Positions 1 to 9,707 of a stretch of 13,273 nucleotides of DNA are shown here, in pieces. Source of the stretch: Armatimonadia bacterium (GTDB lineage: Bacteria > Armatimonadota > Zipacnadia > Zipacnadales > UBA11051); contig JBDKRC010000153.1 of assembly GCA_039683575.1 (NCBI GenBank), forward strand, positions 1 through 13,273, in the 5' to 3' direction. The notes below the pieces were generated by a model. It searched no databases. It was given only the letters and a program-made list of their open reading frames with translations, and had not been told where the DNA came from. Numbering within the stretch: position 1 is the stretch's first letter; each line of letters begins with the position of its first letter. The translations under genes were made by a program, and so were the position numbers.

Positions 1-80
1 ATGTTTTTTTGTGGGGGAATTGGTAACTGGGAAGGGGGTAATAGCGTCGCGGGACGTGGGGTGGGGGGGGATGGCGACAG

Positions 81-139
81 GGCCGGCTGAAGCTCAGCCC
101 CACCAACGCCCTTGGGAGCGGGCCACAGGCCCGCACTAC
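81..139 (-). repeat. Two tandem GTRG-footed REP-like palindromes
   Basis: Minus strand reads GTAG-T-GCGGGCC-TGT-GGCCCGC (139..118) and GTGG-GGCTGAGC-TTCA-GCCGGCC (103..81). Each is a tetranucleotide foot plus a short GC palindrome. Confidence 0.55.
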
Positions 140-160
140 GTATCAGAAGAAGAGACTTTT

Positions 161-3100
161 ATGCGCATATCTGAACTCATCCGAATCAAGCCGCCGGGCG
201 AGCCGATTTCCTTGACTCGTCTGCAGGAGATTCGTGACTCCCTGGACCGCGAGGGCGGCAACCTGTCGCTGATGTCGGCGGCTAATGTTGGGGAGATCCT
301 CGAGGAATACGTGACGCCGCTTGATCCGGGCGCGGACCCGCTCTACCGGTTCGTGAAGACCGTGTCAGTCAACGGCGGGCGGGGGGCTGGTTTCCTGGTA
401 CGCGGGCCGCGAAGCTCGGGGAAGACGCACTTGCTCGCAGTCGCTGACCTGCTGCTGGAGTACCCGCGGGTGCGGCCGATCATGGCCCAGACACACTCGG
501 GGTATGAGCAGGCCCTACGGGGCCTGGAGAAGCTCGACCCCGTGCTCGTGGTGCCGGTGCCGCTGCAGGAGCACCGGGCGCATGACGAGCACCTTGAGGA
601 CATTATCTTTGACAGGACCGAGCAGGAACTGCGGCGGGCACGCCACGGGCTGTCGCTGCCATTGTCAGAGCATTCCTACGCCCTGGATCTGATCGAGCGG
701 CATGTTGTGCCCCGGTATGGCGCGGAGCTTGACGCACATGTGGCGCGGATGCCGGGAACGCAGCGGTCGTGGCGGGACCTGTGTGAGCGTAACCCGTCGG
801 CCGCAGTGGCCGCGGCGCGGGCTTTCGCGCAGGAGATCGGCTATCCGCTGGACTTCCGGCAATCGCGGGTGGAGCGCCTCGCGCGCCTGCTCGACATCAT
901 CAACAACCGGCACTTCAACGCCATAATCTGGCTGATTGACGACCTGGGGCAGTTCCTGGCGGCGACGGGGCAGAAGGCCGTGCGCAATGACGCAGCGTTC
1001 CTGGAGTTTCTCGGGCAACGCAGCAAGATTGCACCGCTGTATATCCTGGCCACGATGAATGTGGCGCTGGACCAGGCCTCGGCCATCGAGCCGTACATGC
1101 TGGCCAACATCAGCGACAACTACGAGACGATCAGCCTCAGCGCCGGGGAGATGCGCCGGGTGGGGCTGCAGCGGGCCCTGTCGGTGCCGGATGAGGGCCG
1201 ACTGACGGAGGCGACGGACGAGGTCCATGCGGCCTATGTCAAGGCCTTCGGGCAGGTGGAGTTCTCGCGGGAGGAGCTCAGGGCCTCATATCCGCTGCAC
1301 CCGCTGGCGCTGCTGTGCCTGGAGACGATCTATAACCGGTTCCTGGCCGAGGCGGACGGACTGGCGGACTTCCTGCAATCGCTGGCGGGGCATGGGAGCC
1401 AGGGGGCGATCCTGGATCGCGAGCACTGGCACCTGCTGTCACTGGGCGAGGTGCTGGACCATGTGGCCGGGCGGCTGAGCGCACACCCGCAGGCGGCGGC
1501 GTATCTGCAAGAGGCGCTCGACTACTACGAGAAGAACGGCGCGCAGCTGTACCCGGCTGTCCCCGACCTGCCGGTGCAGCTCGCGCGGCAACTCATCGTC
1601 CTGCGGCTCGCGAACATGTCCGTGCCGGTGAGCAGGCTAGTGGAGACCTTTGGCCTGAACGAGCGCCAGGAGCCCGCAGTGAGCCCGGCGCAGGTGCGTG
1701 AGGCGCTGGAGCAGATGCGGCTGCGGGGGCGGTTCGTGGATGTGCGACGAGGGGCCACGCCGGAGACGGATGCCTACCATATTGATGTTGAGGCCAACCT
1801 GACGGAACTGGCGCGGCGGCAGTTGCTCGCGTTCAAGAGCTCGCTGGCCGATGACGACCCGAGGCTGGTGGAGGCGGCGACGAGCGCGGCCGCCGGGACG
1901 GCACTGCCGCTGGCGGATCTGGCGGAGCCGCGGACGCTGGAGGTGGAGTGGGGGAACACGACGCGATGCCTGCTGGTACAGGCGATGAACCTGACGAGCT
2001 TCAATGCCGAGCGGCTGTCGTCACGGTCCGCGGATTTGTCTGATGCCATGGTGGCAGAGGATGCGCGGTTGTACCTGGCGGAGATCATCCGTCCCTCTGA
2101 GCAGCGGGCGGTGTGGCGCGAGGCGGCCATGGGCTTGCCCAGGAGCAGGTGGGCGTGGGGCGTCATGGCGTGGATTCCGCGCGAGCTGACCCCAGAGGAG
2201 CTGGACCGGGTAAAGGAACTCGCGGCTTGTCGTTCGATACTGCAGGCCTCGGGGTCGCGGTATGACCCGAAGGTCAGCGATAGACTGGTGGAAGAGGCTT
2301 CGCGGCTCAGCAATGAGGTCCGTAGCGTGGTGGAGTCGGCCTACGCCGAGGGCGAGGTGCTGTCGGGCGAGGGGGCGCTGCTGGGCCCAGCCGAGCTCGG
2401 GAGAGTGCGCGGCGACTGGACGGCCACGCTGGGCGCGATTGCCGCCGCCGCGCTCGCCAAGGTATTCCCGCGAACGGCAGCGCCGGGGGAGATGCTGGCG
2501 AGTCGCGAACCGGTGGATGAGCTGCTGAGGCTGATCCTGGGAGCCGGTGGCCGGCAATGGGAAGACGAGGGCCGACCGGCGGAACTGGCCGAGGCGTTCC
2601 TGCTGCCCCTGAAGCTGGTCACTCGCCTTGAAGACAAGTGGCGGCTGGATGTGGAGGCCTCGGACGTTGCGGCGGAGGTCATGGACCGGGTTCGACGACG
2701 CGATCAGACCGTGGAGACCGAGCCGGGGCGCCCCGTGGCCTGCCAGGACCTCGCACTGTACATGCTCAAGTCCCCGTTTGGGCTGCCGCCGGAGTTGTTC
2801 GAGTTGGTGATCGCCGCGCTGATTCGCACCGGGTATCTGGTGCCAATGGATGCTGAGCGCCGGGTGCTGCAGCCGCGGTTTGTTAGCATACCCCTGAGCG
2901 AGGGCGTGGCCTTCGTGGCGCGGTCGCCGCTTCTGGGGACCACCGACTGGCACGACCTGACGCGCGTGTGCCGCGTGCTGCTCGAACGCATGGTGCCGCG
3001 CGCCGACCATCCACTACAGACCGAACTGTGGGAGGCGCTGTGCGACGCCAAGGAAGAGCGCCTGCATGAACTGGGCCGGCTGCACAAGATCGTGGAGGCG

Positions 3101-4162
3101 CTGCGGGTCCGCCTGGAGCAGCCCACGGTAGTGTGGTCGGAGACCTTCGGCTGCCTGGATGAGCTACAGAAGGTCTACGAGGCCATCGACCCTGAGCATC
3201 TTCCGGCGGAGGGGCTGCAGCAGTTCCTCGGGCAGGTGCGCCCACTGCTGCAGGGGACGCCGATGGCGTTGTCGCTGCTGCTGCGGCAGCTTGCGTTGCT
3301 GGACACTTTCCTCGCACGTACGGCGCCCGACGTCGTCGTTATATATGACTACCTGCGCAGCGAGGAGCTGGCCTCGCTCGATGATGCCGACCTGCAAACC
3401 CGGCGCGGACAGCTTCTGATGCTGATCGGGCAGGGCGAGAAGCTGATCGCCGATGAGACGAGCTTCCGGCGGCAGATTCAGATCCTGCTGTCCGTGTACA
3501 AGCGGCGGTACATCGCCTGGCACACGCGCTGCTACCGGATGTCGGTCTTTGACAAGTACCGCTCGCTGCGCACCTCGCCGGAGTTGCGAGTCCTGACCCA
3601 CCTGCAGCGCCTTGAGCTAAAGCTGCCGCATCAGGGACCGCACGCCGTGGAGTTGGTGGAGGCGCAGGAGGCGCGGCGTTGCACCTACGCCGGGCTGAGC
3701 GAGGCGCTCGATCAGGCGCCGACATGTCCTGAGTGCGGAGTGCGGCTGGATGAGGAAGTGGAACTCACGCCCCTTGAGGACATCAAGGAGGTAGCGGAAC
3801 GGGAGATCGGGGCGTATGTGGAGCGGCTGCGGCGGCCGGACTTCCAAGCGGCCCTGCGGGAGTACACGCTGGCCCTGCCGAGTCGCGGGGAACTGGTGAC
3901 GAAGCTGGAGCAGCTTCTGAACCTCAGCGAGGCCCCGCCGGCGCGGACGCTGCTCTCGATCCTGAGCGACGATGTGATCATCCACCTGAACCGCGTGCTG
4001 TCGGGCAAGACGGTCCGGCCGAGGGACTTCGGACAGTTGCGCAGCGCGCTGGCAGGGCGGACGCTAAGCAAGGAAGAGGCGCAGCAGTTGTTCCAGCGCT
4101 GGCTGACTGGTGAGGAGAGCGAAGAGGAAGAAGGCGATGAGGTTATTCATGTGGAGCCTTGA
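161..4162 (+). CDS. Large P-loop ATPase, DUF6079 / BREX BrxC(PglY)-like family (1333 aa)
   Basis: Walker A GPRSSGKTH (404-430), Walker B IIWLIDD (923-943), FLEFLGQ and YPLHP motifs, a winged-helix-like segment KSPFGLPPELFELVIAALIRTGYL, and C-terminal C-x14-CPEC. ATG at 161 (MRISELIRIK) follows purine-rich GAAGAAGAG. The ORF-track extension 11-160 overlaps REP-like palindromes and is probably non-coding. Confidence 0.75.
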   Translation: MRISELIRIKPPGEPISLTRLQEIRDSLDREGGNLSLMSAANVGEILEEYVTPLDPGADPLYRFVKTVSVNGGRGAGFLVRGPRSSGKTHLLAVADLLLEYPRVRPIMAQTHSGYEQALRGLEKLDPVLVVPVPLQEHRAHDEHLEDIIFDRTEQELRRARHGLSLPLSEHSYALDLIERHVVPRYGAELDAHVARMPGTQRSWRDLCERNPSAAVAAARAFAQEIGYPLDFRQSRVERLARLLDIINNRHFNAIIWLIDDLGQFLAATGQKAVRNDAAFLEFLGQRSKIAPLYILATMNVALDQASAIEPYMLANISDNYETISLSAGEMRRVGLQRALSVPDEGRLTEATDEVHAAYVKAFGQVEFSREELRASYPLHPLALLCLETIYNRFLAEADGLADFLQSLAGHGSQGAILDREHWHLLSLGEVLDHVAGRLSAHPQAAAYLQEALDYYEKNGAQLYPAVPDLPVQLARQLIVLRLANMSVPVSRLVETFGLNERQEPAVSPAQVREALEQMRLRGRFVDVRRGATPETDAYHIDVEANLTELARRQLLAFKSSLADDDPRLVEAATSAAAGTALPLADLAEPRTLEVEWGNTTRCLLVQAMNLTSFNAERLSSRSADLSDAMVAEDARLYLAEIIRPSEQRAVWREAAMGLPRSRWAWGVMAWIPRELTPEELDRVKELAACRSILQASGSRYDPKVSDRLVEEASRLSNEVRSVVESAYAEGEVLSGEGALLGPAELGRVRGDWTATLGAIAAAALAKVFPRTAAPGEMLASREPVDELLRLILGAGGRQWEDEGRPAELAEAFLLPLKLVTRLEDKWRLDVEASDVAAEVMDRVRRRDQTVETEPGRPVACQDLALYMLKSPFGLPPELFELVIAALIRTGYLVPMDAERRVLQPRFVSIPLSEGVAFVARSPLLGTTDWHDLTRVCRVLLERMVPRADHPLQTELWEALCDAKEERLHELGRLHKIVEALRVRLEQPTVVWSETFGCLDELQKVYEAIDPEHLPAEGLQQFLGQVRPLLQGTPMALSLLLRQLALLDTFLARTAPDVVVIYDYLRSEELASLDDADLQTRRGQLLMLIGQGEKLIADETSFRRQIQILLSVYKRRYIAWHTRCYRMSVFDKYRSLRTSPELRVLTHLQRLELKLPHQGPHAVELVEAQEARRCTYAGLSEALDQAPTCPECGVRLDEEVELTPLEDIKEVAEREIGAYVERLRRPDFQAALREYTLALPSRGELVTKLEQLLNLSEAPPARTLLSILSDDVIIHLNRVLSGKTVRPRDFGQLRSALAGRTLSKEEAQQLFQRWLTGEESEEEEGDEVIHVEP

Positions 4163-4216
4163 GGGGGAGAGGCTCTACAGGATGGGCAGTATGTGAAAGT
4201 AGACGGATATGTGGCC

Positions 4217-4265
4217 GGCCGGCATTGAAATGCCGGCCTGAGTAATGAGCGTGCCTCTGGCACGC
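4217..4265. repeat. Paired palindromes in intergenic spacer
   Basis: GGCCGGCAT-TGAA-ATGCCGGCC (4217-4238) and GCGTGCC-TCT-GGCACGC (4249-4265), with no U-tract. Confidence 0.5.
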
Positions 4266-4286
4266 AGAAATGAAGAGAGGACTACG

Positions 4287-5051
4287 ATGGCTAAGATTGC
4301 TTTGCAGCTCTACACGCTGCGCGACAAGATGCAGGATGCTGACGGAGTGGCCCGGACGCTCGAGGCCGTGGCGAAGATCGGGTACAAGAACGTGGAGCCG
4401 GCCGGTTGGGCGATCACCGGCGCGGAGAAGCTGCGGGAGCTCTGCGACGCCAACGGGCTGAGCATCTGCTCGACCCACGGCAGCTTCCAAGCCATGCAGG
4501 ACGACATCCAGCAGGTCATAGCCGAGCACCAGATCATGGGCTGCAAGTATCCCGGCATCGGCGGGATGCCCGGCGAGTACCGGACCTCCGGCGAGGGCTT
4601 TGCCGAATTCGCGAAGCTGGCGACGCAGATCGGCCAGAAGCTGGGCGAGGCCGGCATGGCCTTCCATTACCACAACCACAGCTTCGAACTCGCGAAGTTC
4701 AACGGGAAGACCGGCCTGGATATCCTGATCGAGAACTCGTGCGGCGAGTGCGTGAAGAACGAACTCGACCTGTACTGGGTGCAGCACGGCGGCGGGAGCC
4801 CGGTAGCGTGGATTAACAAGCTGGGCAAGCGCGCCCCGCTGGTGCACTTCAAGGACATGCAGATCAGCGTCGAGATGAAGCAGTCGTTCGCTGAGGTCGG
4901 CGAGGGGAACCTGGACTGGCCGGGGATCATCCAGGCCTGCGTGGCCAACGATGTGCAGTACTACATCGTCGAGCAGGACACCTGCGAGCGCGACAGTCTC
5001 GAGAGCGTGAAGATCAGCTACGATAACATGCGGGGCATGGGCCTCGAGTAG
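4287..5051 (+). CDS. Sugar phosphate isomerase/epimerase (xylose-isomerase-like TIM barrel, AP_endonuc_2 family)
   Basis: IALQLYTLRD N-terminus and metal-ligand motifs YHNHSFE, ELDLYW, VHFKD, IVEQD, plus EVGEGNLDW. RBS GAGAGG lies just upstream of ATG 4287. Confidence 0.9.
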   Translation: MAKIALQLYTLRDKMQDADGVARTLEAVAKIGYKNVEPAGWAITGAEKLRELCDANGLSICSTHGSFQAMQDDIQQVIAEHQIMGCKYPGIGGMPGEYRTSGEGFAEFAKLATQIGQKLGEAGMAFHYHNHSFELAKFNGKTGLDILIENSCGECVKNELDLYWVQHGGGSPVAWINKLGKRAPLVHFKDMQISVEMKQSFAEVGEGNLDWPGIIQACVANDVQYYIVEQDTCERDSLESVKISYDNMRGMGLE

Positions 5052-5072
5052 CGAGTAGCCTGATTCACAGAG

Positions 5073-5112
5073 AAACGCCCGGTACCATGGTGGTACCGGG
5101 CGTTTTCGTTTT
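5073..5112. terminator. Bidirectional intrinsic terminator
   Basis: Perfect 15-bp stem AAACGCCCGGTACCA-TGG-TGGTACCGGGCGTTT followed by TCGTTTT, between convergent genes. Confidence 0.9.
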
Positions 5113-5123
5113 CAGTGTGAGCC

Positions 5124-7067
<1,944 letters not shown>

Positions 7068-7181
7068 CAGGTCCTCCAACCACTGCAACAGGAACGGCGT
7101 ACCAAACGTGGAAAGACCGTTCCAGAAGCGGCTCACCGCCAGTTAGGGCTCTGGGGAGCCTTCCCACAGGGTAGCCGGCTT

Positions 7182-8654
7182 CTACCGGTAGTTGCTTACC
7201 GTAATGACGAGAAATTGCTGCGTCTGATCAGTGACTCTGGTCCCATCGGCCAGACGGTGGCCCACAACCCATAACACTTCGCCCGCTGCATTCGTTACCA
7301 GCAGCGGCCGCCGCTTTCTGGCAGGCACCTTGTTGTCCACGAAGAAGTCTTGAAGCTTCTTGCTGCCACTCATGCCCAGCGGCACGAAACGGTCGCCGGG
7401 ACGCGGGTGACGGAGCATCAGAAGCGGCCCGGCCCTGGCTGCGTCCATTATTGCGCGCGGCTCGTCCGCCTGCGGCAGCGGAGGGAACTCGTTTGTGAGT
7501 TCCGCGCGGACAATGGCTCCGGAGGGCGTCGTAACGCTGCCCGGAACCGACAACTCAGCCACCTCAGCAGGGCCAGCCGGCGGAAGCTGCCGGCGGCGTA
7601 TGCGTACTAGATCGTACTCTAGTTCGACGAAATCCTGCCCATTGAGTTCCAGTTTCTTCCCCGTGTGCCCCTGCTGTACAAGCTCGTCCAGCGCCTGCCA
7701 CCAGCTATAGCCGAGGTCGCTCAATGACGGGCCTGAAAGCTCAATGAAGCCACGCAGGACCCGGTGGCGAAGGCCCGCGGGAAGCTCCTGCAGCGCCGAA
7801 AGCCGCAGAGCGTCACCTTCACGAGCCTCTGCAAGCGTCTGCGCCACCAGCGGCTCGGTCCAGTCAAGCTCCTCAAGCATGTTGTCGGCGGCCCGGCAGA
7901 GAGCCTCTTCGATGCCGGGGCCATACTCCCGCTCAAGCTGCGGCAGGAGATCGGCGCGCAGGCGGTTGCGCAGGTAAGCCGGGTCCAGATTATAGACGTC
8001 ATGGCAGGCCGCTATGGACTGTGTTCGGCAGTAGTCGGCCGTCTCCTGCCGGCTGACGAGAATCAGCGGGCGAATGATGCTGCCGCGACGGGGAGGAATG
8101 GAGCGCAGGCCTTGAAGCCCCGCGCCGCGGAAGAGGTTGATAAGCAGGGTTTCGGCGCGATCGGTGGCTGTGTGGGCCACGGCGATCTTGTTGCAGCCGT
8201 GTTTGACGGCGGCGCGGGCGAAGAAATCGTAACGGGCGCGGCGACCGGCCTCTTCGAGGCCGATATGCTCGGCGGCGGCAAGGGCGGCGACGTCGGTGCG
8301 CTCGGCGACAAAGGGCAGGCCCAGCTTCCTTGCAAGCTCGGCGACAACCTGCAGGTCGGCGTCGGCCACCTCGCCGCGGAGGCCGTGGTGCAGGTGGCCG
8401 ATGACGAGAGAGACCTGCAATTCGGCGGCCAGTTCATGCAGGAGCAGCGCCATGGTAACGGAGTCCTGCCCGCCGGAGACGCCGAGAAGGACACGGTCGC
8501 CCGGAGCCAGGAGATCGTAGCGGGCCACAGCCTGCAGGAGTTTTGGTTTGATCGACATGATGTCAGCGTGGGCCGGAGGCGGCGGTATGCGGGCCGGAGT
8601 TGGCGGTACACGGGCCGGAGGCGGCGGTAAGGCTGCCGCATTCGGCCCCTCCAC
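7182..8654 (-). CDS. tilS: tRNA(Ile)-lysidine synthetase
   Basis: PP-loop SGGQDS, AHTATDRAET, IIRPL, RNRLR and the C-terminal PGDRF..SKKLQDFFVDNKVP domain. Start is ambiguous: GTG 8654 overlapping the purC stop, or ATG 8558. Confidence 0.93.
   Translation of the reverse strand: MEGPNAAALPPPPARVPPTPARIPPPPAHADIMSIKPKLLQAVARYDLLAPGDRVLLGVSGGQDSVTMALLLHELAAELQVSLVIGHLHHGLRGEVADADLQVVAELARKLGLPFVAERTDVAALAAAEHIGLEEAGRRARYDFFARAAVKHGCNKIAVAHTATDRAETLLINLFRGAGLQGLRSIPPRRGSIIRPLILVSRQETADYCRTQSIAACHDVYNLDPAYLRNRLRADLLPQLEREYGPGIEEALCRAADNMLEELDWTEPLVAQTLAEAREGDALRLSALQELPAGLRHRVLRGFIELSGPSLSDLGYSWWQALDELVQQGHTGKKLELNGQDFVELEYDLVRIRRRQLPPAGPAEVAELSVPGSVTTPSGAIVRAELTNEFPPLPQADEPRAIMDAARAGPLLMLRHPRPGDRFVPLGMSGSKKLQDFFVDNKVPARKRRPLLVTNAAGEVLWVVGHRLADGTRVTDQTQQFLVITVSNYR
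8570..8632. repeat. Three tandem 21-bp imperfect repeats
   Basis: GGGCCGGAGGCGGCGGTATGC / GGGCCGGAGTTGGCGGTACAC / GGGCCGGAGGCGGCGGTAAGG. Confidence 0.9.
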
Positions 8655-9559
8655 TATGCGGGTGGCTCCAGGCCCGTGATCCGGCGGTAGGCTTCCTGGT
8701 AGATGCGGCGGGTCTCACCGATGACGTGACCGGGCAGTTCGGGGCCGGGCGGCTCCTTGTTCCAGTCCAGCGTCTCGAGATAGTCGCGCACGTACTGCTT
8801 GTCGAAAGCCTCCTGCGGGCGGCCAGGAGCGTACTTGCTGGCGTCCCAGTAACGGGATGAATCCGGGGTCAGGACCTCGTCCACGAGGATCAGTTCGTCA
8901 TTCACAAGCCCGAACTCGAACTTGGTGTCGCACAGCAGGAAGCCGCGAGAGGCGGCGTAGTCAGCGGCAAAGGTATAGACCTGCAGCGAGACGTCGCGCA
9001 GCTTGTTGCCGAGGTCTTCGCCGATGCGGTCATACACGCCCTGCATGTCCACGGGCATGTCGTGGCCGTTCTCTTCCTTCGTGGTCGGCGTGAAGATCGG
9101 CTCGGGGAGCTTCTCCGACTCGACCAGGCCGGCCGGTAGCTTGTGGCCGCAGACTTCGCCGGTCTGCTGATAGGACTTCCAGCCGGAGCCCGCGAGATAG
9201 CCACGAACCACGCACTCAATCGGCACAACCTGCGCCTTGCGGCACCACATGCTGCGACCGGCCAGCATCTCCGCCTGCGGCTGTACCGCGGCCGGGAAGT
9301 CCTTCACGTCGTCGCTGAGCAGGTGGTTCGGGATAAGGCTCTTGGTCAAGTCAAACCAGAACACGGACAGGCCGGTGAGCAGCTTGCCCTTGCCGGGCAC
9401 GCCGTTGGCCATGATGACGTCAAAGGCCGAAATGCGGTCGCTGGCGATGATCAGCAGGCCGTCGCCGTAGTCGTAGATGTCGCGTACTTTGCCCTGACGG
9501 CGGCTGATAGCGCCGGGCAGATCGGTTGCGAGGACGGCTTGTTCCGGTCGGTCCGACAT
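8654..9559 (-). CDS. purC: Phosphoribosylaminoimidazole-succinocarboxamide (SAICAR) synthase
   Basis: GKVRDIY, SDRISAFD, ECVVRGY, DTKFEFG, DEVLTPDSSRYW and DKQYVR motifs. GGAGGT RBS before ATG 9559. Confidence 0.97.
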   Translation of the reverse strand: MSDRPEQAVLATDLPGAISRRQGKVRDIYDYGDGLLIIASDRISAFDVIMANGVPGKGKLLTGLSVFWFDLTKSLIPNHLLSDDVKDFPAAVQPQAEMLAGRSMWCRKAQVVPIECVVRGYLAGSGWKSYQQTGEVCGHKLPAGLVESEKLPEPIFTPTTKEENGHDMPVDMQGVYDRIGEDLGNKLRDVSLQVYTFAADYAASRGFLLCDTKFEFGLVNDELILVDEVLTPDSSRYWDASKYAPGRPQEAFDKQYVRDYLETLDWNKEPPGPELPGHVIGETRRIYQEAYRRITGLEPPA

Positions 9560-9590
9560 GGATGAATACCTCCGAAGGGTTGGTGGCGCA

Positions 9591-9681
9591 GGAAAATGGG
9601 GACAGACAGCCATTTTCCAACGAAGATTGCAGAATATGATCTGGAAGGCGGGGAAAATGGTGTCAGTCCCCGTTTTCCCCG
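9591..9681. repeat. Inverted pair of ~28-bp self-palindromic repeats (REPIN/MITE-like)
   Basis: 9591-9618 GGAAAATGGGGACAGACAGCCATTTTCC versus the reverse complement of 9652-9678, GGAAAACGGGGACTGACA-CCATTTTCC, separated by a 33-nt spacer. Confidence 0.75.
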
Positions 9682-9683
9682 GC

Positions 9684-9707
9684 GGGCGGACCACGGTCCA
9701 CCCCTAC
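9684..9707 (-). repeat. GTAG-family REP-like palindrome overlapping thrC stop
   Basis: Minus strand GTAG-GGGTGGACC-GT-GGTCCGCCC. Confidence 0.6.

Noticed and set aside
2021..3010. 329-aa minus-strand ORF within the ATPase gene
   Set aside because: Shadow frame with Arg/Gln/His-biased composition and no recognisable domain.
5088..5100. TGGTGGTACCGGG resembling a T-box sequence
   Set aside because: It lies in a perfect terminator stem between convergent genes, with no stem I and no downstream same-strand gene.
8570..8632. Possible CRISPR array
   Set aside because: Contiguous 21-bp units with no spacers, and no cas genes in the window.
9560..9694. 45-aa N-terminal extension of PurC in the ORF track
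   Set aside because: It translates the repeat element; a strong GGAGGT RBS supports ATG 9559.
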